Assembly: GCA_002104945.1 (NCBI GenBank) | Contig: MCFH01000034.1 | Location: 186,001 to 250,000, forward strand | Direction: 5' to 3' | DNA from: Piromyces finnis finn | Lineage: Eukaryota; Fungi; Neocallimastigomycota | Length of the DNA: 64,000 nt | Shown here: piece after piece, positions 41,575 through 57,419 of the stretch | Layout of the letters: each line of letters opens with the position of its first letter | Position numbering within the stretch: position 1 is the stretch's first letter | The notes under the pieces: generated by a model | What the model was told of the DNA's origin: nothing | The model's input: only the letters and a program-made list of their open reading frames with translations | Databases searched by the model: none | Position numbers and translations under genes: made by a program

Positions 41575-42562
41575 ATGGTTAAATTTACAAATCTCCCATA
41601 CGAAATTTTGAATGCTATTTATTCATGTTGTGATGAAGAATCACAAAATAATTTACGCCTTACATATAATGTTTTCTTAAAAAATCCTTCCAATAAACTA
41701 AAAAATATAAAACAAAAGTAATTAAAATAAATAAAATAAATAAAAAAAAAAAAAACATAAAATAAGTTTTAATTATAAATAATTTATTATATTTTAATAA
41801 AATTATTATTCTAAACTATAATATCTTTATTTATTTTTAATATTATATGATTATTTTAATAGAACATTAACAAATAAAAATTTAAAAGAATTTCCTACAA
41901 TATTTGAAGAATTAAAAAATTTAGAATTTCTGTAAGATTTTATTTTATCCATTACATTTAATACATTATAACATAAAGACTTATAATATTTCTCCATTTT
42001 TTCTATTCTTTCAATTATCATTATTATTATTATTACTATTATTTTCTTTCCTTTTTCTTTTTGTTTTGATATATAGGGACTTAAGTTTAAATAAAATAAA
42101 AGCCATTCCTTCCAATATTCAAATTTTCAAAAATTTAGAATATTTGTAAATATTTAAAAATGTTTATAATAATGGAATTTATATTTATTTTAGAATATTA
42201 TCTAATAATATTTTATAAATGACCATTTAAAAGGAGTCTTGTTAATAATGACCTTGAAAAAATTTCTCCAGAAATTGAGAAATTAGCCAAATTAAAAATT
42301 TTGTATGTGTTATTTCTATTAGAAACCATTTTAATGAAACAAATTTATTACAAAAAACTTTAATAATAATTAATAAACGATATTTTGAATATTTAACTTT
42401 TGTATATTTCTATAAAAAGATTTATAAGTAAAAATAAATTATCTTCTCTTCCAGTAGAATTTGGAAATTTATTAAAATTGGAAAAATTGTAAAGTATTGT
42501 TTAAAATATTAATTGTCATATACATGCATCAACATTAATGACACAATATATCTAAAATATCG

Positions 42563-42601
<39 letters not shown>

Positions 42602-44626
42602 GAAATCTTGAAGGAAATCAATTAATATCATTACCTGACTCTGTAAAAAATTTAAAAAATTTGGAATTTATGTAATTATGCAAATATATATATATATAAT
42701 AATTGTAAATGTTGTTCTTGTAATTTATTAATTACCCTTTTGTTTATCTATCTATCTATTTATCTATTTATCTATTTATATATTCTATATATATATCTAC
42801 ATATAGAAATTTACGTTATAATAAATTTAAATCTTTTCAAACAGCATTAACTTTTTGTTCGAACCTTGATAGAATGTAAATATACTTCTAATTAATATTC
42901 ATACTTTGTCATTTACTAAAATATATATATATATATAAATATTCTTTATAATAAATAGATTATTTAATGACAATGAATTAGCTATACTTCCTTCTACCAT
43001 TGGAAATTTAAAATCTTTAACAATATTGTATGTTTATATTAATTATATTTTGTGGTAAAAAAAAGTGACCTTTTGAATATTAAATAAAATATACATGTAT
43101 ACTATTTATATAATAGAAATTTAAATAATAATAACTTACAATCCTTATGTCCTGAAATTGGTGAACTTATAAATCTTAAAAAATTGTAAGAAACAAATTA
43201 AAATTATAGTATTATTTTTAATAAAATGCTCTTTATATATAATAAACATGCATAAATATTTATTTAATAATTATATTCCAAAATGTAAGGTCAATTGCCA
43301 ATAATAATCTACAAATATTACCAAAAGAAATCAGTCATTTATCAAATTTGACTCATCTGTAATTATAAATTTCTAAATAATATAAATTTTTAATATCATT
43401 TTTTAATTTTTTAAATGTAATTTATAATTTATAAGAATATTGAATAAAAATCAAATTGAGGTATTACCAATAGAAATTGGCGATTTAAATAACATTACTG
43501 ATTTGTATGTATAATTTGTTAATTTAATATTGATAATGAAAAGATAAAAAATAAAAAAAATAAAATAATAACATTCATTAATAATTTCTATTCTTATAGG
43601 GATTTAAATGATAATAAAATAAAAGAAATACCAGAAGAAATTGGTCATATGACAAATTTAAAGAATTTGTAAGAGATAGTATAAATTAAATTTTGCAAGA
43701 TGTATAAAGTTATTAATTTTTTTTTTTTTTTTTTTTTTTAATAATTATATAATATTTTAGAGTATTAAGCAATAATTTAATAAGAGAGTTACCGAATGGA
43801 CTATTTCTTTTATCAAATTTAGTTGGACTGTAAATAAATATAGGATATATACGTATATATTTTTATAATATTGTAACATTAAACTTTTTATTTTTAATTT
43901 TATAATATATAAATTAATAGTGATTTACAATTTAACCAAATAAAATCAATCACTAATGGAATAAGTCAATTAACATACTTGAAAAGATTGTAAGTATAAT
44001 TTATAATATTCAAAATTTTTTTATTAAAATATAAATTTTAATTCAATCTTTTATTTATATTTTATAGAAATGCTTATAATAATGATATTGAAGCAATTTC
44101 AGAAGATATAGGTCAATTAAATAATCTTTGTCAATTGTAAGTTAATAAAAGATATATAACATTTTAATTAATTTCTTAAAATACATTAATTATTTCAATG
44201 ATGTATATATTCATATATATTCATATTTTTTTTTTAAAAAATATATATATAGATGTTTACAGCATAATAAAATAAAAGAATTACCGAGAAGTATTGGAAA
44301 TTTAACTAATCTACAATTATTGTAAGTATTTATATAACATTTATATCTTATGTTTATGCTTTTATCCTAACAATAATTTTTGTTTATTATTATTAAATAA
44401 AACAACAGGGAACTTCAGTATAATGAAATCGAAAAGCTGCCATTTAACGTACATCACTTTCCAATGATTCAACACATGTAAGTATATTGCTATTTAAATA
44501 ATTAATTAATTTTTTTTGTTTACTAAATTTTTATAATTTTTATAAATTATTTCATGAAGCGATTTAAGTCATAATCCTTATGATAATTTCAAATTAGTAT
44601 TTAATACTTATGACTACTTATATTGA
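41575..44626 (+). CDS. F-box plus leucine-rich-repeat protein, 18 exons, about 437 aa
   Basis: Exon 1 (41575-41717) MVKFTNLPYEILNAIYSCCDEESQNNLRLT is F-box-like. Sixteen 69-nt exons start at 41863, 42077, 42234, 42420, 42603, 42807, 42959, 43117, 43290, 43436, 43600, 43761, 43921, 44068, 44253 and 44409, each encoding LxLxxNxLxxLPxxIxxLxxLxx. Last exon 44560-44626. Confidence 0.9.
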
Positions 44627-44715
44627 TAACTTTATTATAATTAATACCATCTATCCATCATCATTATTAATTTATTATGAATTTATTATTTAATAATAAT
44701 TCTTTTCTTTATTTA

Positions 44716-44748
<33 letters not shown>

Positions 44749-45343
44749 GATATATTAAATTCAATTTAATAAAAATTAAACATATAATTTATGAATTTAA
44801 AATGTTTAAATCAAGTAAATAAAATAAAAAAAAAAAAAGATATTTTAATATTCATAAATATCTATTTTTATATATATAATATATTTTTTTTAATAATAAA
44901 TTGTAACAATATTCATAATATATTTTTACAATTAAATATAAATGATACATTATTAATAATTAAATGAAATATAAATTAGTATAATTAATATATCTATAAA
45001 ATTCTATATTTTTTATTAATATTGTTATTTATTTATTGTTTAGTTATATAAACAATAATAATTTGTAATATATATATATATTTTAAGAATAAATAAAAGC
45101 ATTATATAAAAAGATAATAATAAAATAAAAGAATAATATTAACTTTTATTATTATATTATTTTCTTTTTTATTATTATTTTTGTATTAATAAATAAATTA
45201 ATAACAGGTAAAAATTACATTTATAAGTTTTTTTTAATTATTTCTATTAAGGATGTATCGATTATTTAGGGTTATTTTCATTTGTCTTAAGAAGTAAGTA
45301 ATGATATAAATTTTTTTTCTTTCCAAAAATTTTCTATTTATGT

Positions 45344-47777
45344 CTAGATCCACAATGCTCCATAAATACCTTTTAGTGATATTTGAATTGGACCACCACC
45401 AGAAAATAAATATCTTTGATTTGGACTGTATTCTAAAGAGTAAATAGCTGGCTTAACATCAATACCATGAAAATGTGTGGTATAAAAATTATCTTTTAAC
45501 ATCCATCCTTTTCCTGTTTGATAATATTGGGTTTTAATTGAATTTTGATGGTAGGAACTTTCATTTAATCCACCATAACTAATATCATTAAATTCATTTT
45601 CATTTAATGCTAAGCCTGGATTCAAAGAATGTAATGGAATTGAATTTAATCCATCACTTGAGGTTTTGGCAGCAGTTTCCCATTCATGATATTGTTGATT
45701 TCTTAAATCGTAAAAGGAGAGACGACCAAAACCACCTCCTATAGCAATATTATAATATTTGAATGAAACTGCTCTTACACCCCAACCATCATCTAATGAT
45801 GGTATCTTATGAACTACAGAAGTTGATCTAGGATCAATAATAGAAACATTGGATTGACTTCCAATGGCATAGATATTATTATCTGTTTCTAATCCTATAC
45901 ATACAGTATCCTTCTCTCTTTTTAAATTGAGGGAATTAATTACATCTAAAGTATTAGCATCCCAAAGTTTAACACAATGATCACTACTAATAGATAAGAA
46001 TTGTTTAGTATATTTATTAAATTTGAGGTCTCTAACCTATTAAATATTTTTCATATTAATTAGTTTATCATTTTATTTTATTATATAATGGAATTGAATT
46101 ATATATATATATATTAATAGATCTATAAATATAGTTAATATATTTAATTAATTTTTATATTCTTATTTTACTTACTTTATCTTTATGCTCTCTTCGAATT
46201 GTAGATGGTGTGGATACAAATAATGAGATTCCTAAAATTGAATTTATTTTATATTTTATTGGAGATAGTGAATAATTAAATGATGATACTGTCGGAAGAT
46301 TTGGTAGGGATACGTGTGACATGAAATCATTATATTGATTTCTTGTAGATTTACAGAGAGTCATTGCTCGTGAATAGCCCTCTTCTATGTCATCATTTTC
46401 TAACATATCATCATCGTTGAAATAATCATCATAATAATCATCAATATCCATGTATATTTCTTTTCTGGATTCTGATATTTCATGTTCATGCTCGGTAACA
46501 ATGGATTTTACATTCCAAACAGAAATATTCATATCGCGAGAACCAGAAATAACAGTATAATCATCTATAAATTCTACCGAGAATACTAAATCATTATGAC
46601 CGGTTAATATAGCTATTGGGTAAAGAGTTGGTAAATGATATAAAATAATTTCAAATGGTTTATTGGAACCAATAGCTAATAGGGTATTGGATGAATTAAC
46701 AGCAATACTATGAATACCACTACATGGGAAAAGAACAGTTGGGGAAACTTGATCGTTTGCTATTGAAGAATTGGTGGTAGTTGCAGAATCAGAGGTTAAA
46801 TATTGATTTGAAGAAGATGGATCATCTGAACTAGACATTATAGAATTATTTTCTCCATAATTACTGATAGGACTTAAATTATCTGCCATAATAATTTCAT
46901 TTTCAATGATCATAGAATCATTTTGGGTATTATTATTAACACTATTAATATATGTGTCTGATGAGGTATTAGAAAAATTAGATAAAGGTGATAATGAGGA
47001 ATGTATTGAATTGGATGATAAGTTACTTGTGGAAGCAACGGTAATAGAAGATAATGAAGTATCTGATGTTGAAGAATTTAAATTAGGAGATGAAAGTGGT
47101 CTAGGAGAAATCAGTGAATAAAGAGGGGAAGATAAACTCATACTATTGGAATAATTAAAATTTCCATTGGTATTAAAATTTTGATGGGTCTGAGTGGAAA
47201 AAAAGTTATTGGTATTATGATTAGAATTTTTTCGCATAAGTCGATTTACAACCATATTTAAATCTCTTTGACATATAAGTTCTTTTGGTTGACATGGTAT
47301 TTCGGCTTGAAGATGAGTTTTAATATTATATAAAATTAATTTACTATTTTTAGTACCATATATAATATATTGATCAGATAGCCATTTAGATGCAAAAATT
47401 TTATCATTCCTTGATAAAGGTAATTCATATTCCGTTAAAGTGCTGGGTATATTTCTGGAAATAATACTTTGAATGGAATGTTTAAATTCATTAATATTAT
47501 AGGTTTCATGTGGATAAAAGTAATAACTTTTTTTTTCTCTTGAATGACCATCTTTACTTACACCCTTATCAAAAAATCCAAAAATACTACTTTTCTGCGA
47601 TTTAGATGATTTATTTTTGCTATTCTTTTTTATATTCTTTGAAGTTTTTGACAATAATCCACATTCTCTCATTTGTAAAAAATGATATATGTTATGATTA
47701 ATTTTATTCGATGAACCAGGATAATCCCATTTTTTTTGTTTTGAGAAACTATTTGAAAATTTTATATTAAATACCAT
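45344..47777 (-). CDS. DCAF12: DDB1-CUL4-associated factor 12-like WD40 protein (2 exons)
   Basis: DKIFASKWL..YGTKNSKL, CSGIHSIAVN, LYHLPTLYPI, SGSRD, K|VRDLKFN and LFSGGGP match the DCAF12 motif order. The intron runs from about 46036 to 46182. Confidence 0.85.
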
Positions 47778-50700
47778 TATTACTTTTTATGTTTATTTAT
47801 AATAGAATTGTGATATCTTTATCTATTTAGATTAAAATCGTTTTTATCCACTTTTTTTTTTTTAAAAAAAAAAAAGTAAAATAATCTCAAAATATATCTA
47901 ATTCACTTTAATTGTCTATTTTTTAATAATTTTTATATAATTTTTCTTAATATATATATATATATTTTTTTTATTATTGTATATAATATTTCTTTGATAG
48001 CTTTTCTCTTTCTATAAAAATTATTTTAATTTATCCTTTCTTTAATTAATTTTTCTAAAAGTATTTAAAAACAAAATTTTCATTTAATATAAATTAAAAT
48101 TTAAAATAAAAAGTTACCACAATTAACTATAGAGAAGTGGTATGAATTAAAATTAAAATTTATAATATATTTATATATAAATATTTTAATTTATTTACTT
48201 AATAATAAAAGAGTTAATTTAACTTTATTTTAAATATATATATTTTTTATTTTATACTATTATAATATAATAGTGATATTATTAATCCAAAATTTAAAAA
48301 AAGAAAATTATACTAATAAATTGAAAGACTAATAATAATAACACTAATAACACATCTATTGTATTTTTTCTTCAATTACCATTATTATTAAATAATTATT
48401 AGTTATTTACAAAATTATAATTATTTAAAAATAATTTTATGTAATATACAATATACACTTTTTTTATTTTTTATAACTAAATTATTATTGCCAATTAATA
48501 AAAATATTTACTTCTATTATCTTATATTAATATTGTATTAATAGTATATTTCCATTCTATATTGAAATGATTGTATTTGTATAACGAATGTGTTTTTTAA
48601 GTTTTGATTAATAATTATTATATATTATTTCTTAATTTAATAGTTGTACTTCTTTATTTAAAATATATATTATTTCTTAAAAATGGAATAAGGTCTAAGG
48701 GTTTTTTTACAAAATTGTGATTCATTAAAGTTTTTATTTAACAACTGATATTACTCTATATTATTTTGATATACACTTGTAAATATATATATCTTTCCTT
48801 CACTTTTTTAATTTTTATTGTAATTCTATGAATATTATAATATTTATATCACTAAGCTATTATAGTTTATATTTTTTTTATATATAATACAAGTTTCTTT
48901 CTTTTGAATACATGTAATGTTATTTCTAAATCTGTTCCTTAGTTTCTTTTTATTTAAAAAAAATTTTTTTTATTTCAAAAATAACATATATACAATATAT
49001 TACAATAATATTTTATTTCTTATATATATAGAATTAGTAATTAACTTTCATCTATAAATTGTTATTTTTTTAAACCTATGTATAATTTAAACTTTATTAT
49101 AATCATGATTACAATAGTAAATCTTATAATTTTAATATAATTTGTTATTGTTAAAAAATTTAAATTTCATATCTAAAATATGTATGCTAATTTATTTTTT
49201 TTAAGTTTTATTTTTTCTATTTATATATTAATTTTTATTATATAATCTTATTTATATAAAAATATTCTAATTTTTTGGTATAAAAAATATTATTTTGACG
49301 TTTTTATTACTTTTTTTTTCTAGAAGTTTTTAATATTAATAATATTAAAAAAGTATAAAATTATATTATTATTTTTAAATAAGAATATTAACTATAGTCA
49401 TTCCATTAGCTTTATTTTAAAATATGAACTTTAATAATAATATGTTATTATATAATGTTAATAGAATGTATTTTTTTTGTTTCTAAAATATAAAATATTG
49501 TAAATATTATGAATGGCATTTATTACTTTAAAGCTTTAGATTTCATATAATTTAAATATCAATAAAAGACTTTTACATTCGAAATATAGTTATTACCTTT
49601 TTGTAATAATACATAGAGACATGTTTATCATTATCGTTATATTATTGCTTTTATTTATTTAATGTATAAAAACTTTTATATGACTAAATCATTTCAGCTT
49701 AGTTAAAAATATATACATAATTATTTTTTTTTAAATCTTTTCTGGCATATATTTGAATTGAAAATTAATTTTATATAAAAATTACTGATGTTTTTTATAT
49801 CATTGTTACTATATTTATCCCTAACTATAATTCATTTATCTGGGTAAAAGTTTTAATAAAGTTAATATAAGAACATAATTTTTAATTATATATTTTTTAA
49901 TAAAACTCCGAAAAATTTATTCAGAAAAAAAGATATTTTTTAAGGTTATTTGGTTTTATTTATTCAAATCCATAATATCTTTTTATATTAAATTTTACAA
50001 AGAAAAGATTTGACAAAAACATTAAATAGAAGATTAAATGAAAAGTTAACATCTTATTTTTTTATCTATAATTCTTCTATTCTTGTGATAATAAATATTT
50101 ATTATATTAATGTTTTTAGTTATTAATATAATTTTTTTTTTTATTTTATATGTCTATTATATATTTTCATTTATGCAATTAGTATAAAGTTACAAGTACA
50201 AATTTTTATCTATTTAAATTTTTTTTAAAAAAAAAAAAAAAGTATTATTAAATGCTTTTACAGTTTACTTTAAAATAAATAATTCCAGAACCAGTTATTA
50301 TATAATTATTAAAACATAAAATATTCTCTATATTTTATAAAAGTATTTAGTATCTACAAATAATAAATATATTTTTATGATGACATTTTTATAATTAAAA
50401 TATATATATATAATATATACAATACATAATAAATAATGTATATTTTTTGAATTATCTATAAAGTTTTTATTTAAAGTGCTTCATGTGGAAAAAGGGCTCT
50501 TTTTAAATATACTTCAAATTACTATAAAAAAATTAAAATATTTTTGTTATTGTAATTTATTATTATAGTCTTATTATGAAAAGTAAAATATTGATTATAA
50601 TTTTAAATAAAAAGTTAAAGGAAAATTTCTTGAAGTTGTAATAAAATTCTGAAATACTTTATTTGACAATTTGACAAACCTTAATTAATAAGTATCATAA

Positions 50701-50866
50701 TATCAGTAATAATTTATTAATTATTTAAATTATCGAAGTATTTTTATATTTTATTTTACTTTATTTTATTATTATATTATTATATTATCATAACTCTTAT
50801 TTAATTTTTTTTTTATTCTATCTTTATAATTTTTAAAGAAAAAAAAAAATATAATTTAATAAAATC

Positions 50867-51520
50867 ATGGATCCATCAGAATCGACTTCAAATCTTGCTG
50901 AAGGAAAGGGTGAAAAAGCCTCCGAAACAGCTGATCCACGTAAGAATTTCAATTATCCATTAGTTAAAGTAGGTTTATACATTAAATAAGTAAATAATTA
51001 TAATATTTAATATTTAATTGTAATATTATATATAAATTAAAATCTATAAATTAATAACTATTTACTTAATAATAAAGAAGATTTTATTATATCATTGTGT
51101 ATATTATATATACTAAAGATTTTTATTTAATATTATTATAATATTCTTTAATAGTATTGTGATATGTTAGAAGAAATGAAATTAGAAGTTGTAGATCTTG
51201 TTGTTACTGCATTAGAAAGACATCAAGGAAATTATGAAGTAAACTAAATTTTATATACATTGTTTAACACTATTTAAATATTACTCATTATTGATATAAT
51301 ATAATAACCTAAAAAAAAAAATTGTTATATAAAAATTATAAATAATATATAAAAGGGTGCAGCAAAAACAGTAAAAGAAACCATGGATAAAAAATATGGA
51401 AATTCATGGCACTCGGTAGTTGGTGAAGGCTTTGGATTTGAAATAACACATGAAGTTAAAAATTTGCTTTATATGTTTTTTGGAGGAAATATTGGAGTTT
51501 TATTATGGAAAGCACTATGA
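50867..51520 (+). CDS. DNAL4: Axonemal dynein light chain 4 (3 exons)
   Basis: NYPLVK|YCDMLEEMKLEVVDLVVTALERHQGNYE|GAAKTVKETMDKKYGNSWHSVVGEGFGFEITHEVKNLLYMFFGG. The GEGFGFEITHEVKNLLY stretch is DNAL4-type rather than LC8-type. Confidence 0.93.
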
Positions 51521-52195
51521 ATAATAAATCTAATATCAATTTTAATTATAACACCCATAGCATATTATTCAATATAATCCCAATCAGTATTTTTAAATGA
51601 TTTCCATTATTTAATTTAATTTCTATTAGAAATTTTATATCATTTATATCAATTATATCAATATCCAAATTAATAATAATATGTAGTTTTCTACCAATTT
51701 AATTGTATATATAAAAATAAAAACTATCATTGATAATATATAATATTTCTATTTTTTATAATAAAAAAATAAAAAATAAAAGAAAAAAGAAAAAAAGTTT
51801 TTTTTTTTTTAATATTTTATGTATTTTTATTGATTGATTGATTGATTTATTGATATTTTTTATTTTTTTCTTTTTAAGTATGATATGTTTTAAATTACTA
51901 TTTAATGCTTTAATAATTTCAACAGTTTGTTTGCATTAAAATTACAAAAAATATATATTTTTTTAATTTATTATATTATATTTTATACTTATTTGTTTTA
52001 TATATATAAGCAAACAAGTATTATAAGATATAATAATAAATACTATTTCTTTAAATAATTTTATTATTAAACATCCTTATTTAATAATATAAATAGTATT
52101 AAGAAGGGAGGGTATTTCTTTTATTTTATTATTATTATTATTTTTTTTTTTTTTAATTTTAGAAGCAGAAATTAAAAGATACACTTTTAATTTAT

Positions 52196-55918
<3,723 letters not shown>

Positions 55919-57419
55919 TTTTTAATTTCTTTTTATTTTTAGTATATATATAATATATAATATATAATAATGTGATTATTAATAATATTATATTATTTCA
56001 AATGAAAAATAATTTTACTTTATATTCTGAAAAAATATTAAAAAAGCATTTTAATTTTTTTTATTTTTAAGTCATTTTTATCAATATCATTATTCATTTT
56101 AAGTTTTGTATGAAAATATTATATAGATAAAAGAGAATGAATAAATAGTAAATTTATAAAATCATAAAATAATGTTCATAAAAATCATAGTTCACTACAG
56201 TAAATGGTGATTTTTACTATTGTTATTACTAAAAGAAATAAAAAATAATGTTTATAATATTTACGTGATTCAAATCCAAATCAAATATTTTGGCTTATTT
56301 GAAAAATATTATTTACAATTTGTAAAATAAATTTTATTTTAATATTCAATATTGAATAATAATCAATACTAATTTTGTTCTTTTTTTTTTTTTAATTGCC
56401 TTTATTTAACCTTCCTTTATTTTTTTATTTGAATATTAAATAAAGCAAAATAATATCTTGCTTTGTATATGCAACCTTTGTTTTTATTTTTTTAAAGAAC
56501 AAAAGATGTTTCCTATTTTTTAAAGTTTAATATATTTTTGATTTTTTTATAATAAATTTAATTTATTTGACTATTACACAAAAAATAAAATAATTAAATT
56601 AATATATATTAAATTAATAATAATTAATATATTACATGTCAAAAAACTTTTTTAATTTCTTTTTTTTTTTCTTACCATAGTTTTTATTGATACATATCAT
56701 GATTTAATAAGTAACTAACGTACCTATAGTTAATTTAAATATAGTAAATAAAGATAAAATAATAATAAAAAAAAAAAAAAAAGACTAATTATGAAAAATA
56801 AAAAGTTAATCTAACAAATTAAAATCAAATAAATTATTTTTAAATATAAATTTTTCCTATAAAATAAAATAAAGTCTGAAATAATTCAAATGAACAAACA
56901 TATAAAAAAAATTATATATATTAACTTGACATAAATATTTTTAGTAATAGGTTTAAGTACAAGTAAAAAAGTAAATGTTTAAACAGTATATATTTCTCAT
57001 TTAATTATTAAATAACGGAGTATTTTTAAATAATCAAAAATCTTTTTAATGAATTTTTCTATTAAATTATTAAATAGAAATAATACAAAATACACTAGCA
57101 ATTTTAAATAAAATGACTAATAAATATTAATTATTTATGTTCAAATGATTACTTTTTTAATTATAATTATTAATTTTGTTGCTTTGACTGAATTAATAAA
57201 GTTTTCTTCTTAATTACTCTTATTTCATATTTTAAACAAAAAAAATGATAATAATAATGATAATAATAAAAAAAAAAAGGAAACCTCAAATTTTTAATTA
57301 TAATGATTTTATTTATCTAAATTTCTATTATTGATATAATGAAAATAGATGATATTTATTAACTATATGTTTATTAAACACACATATATTTATAAAATAT
57401 TTAAATATATAAAATGACT

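Noticed and set aside
47780-50860. 3-kb gap between DCAF12 and DNAL4 as a hidden gene or decayed transposon
   Set aside because: I found no spliceable ORF, terminal repeats or transposase/RT motifs. A single near-ICRE GCTTCATGTG at about 50478 is not enough to call a site.
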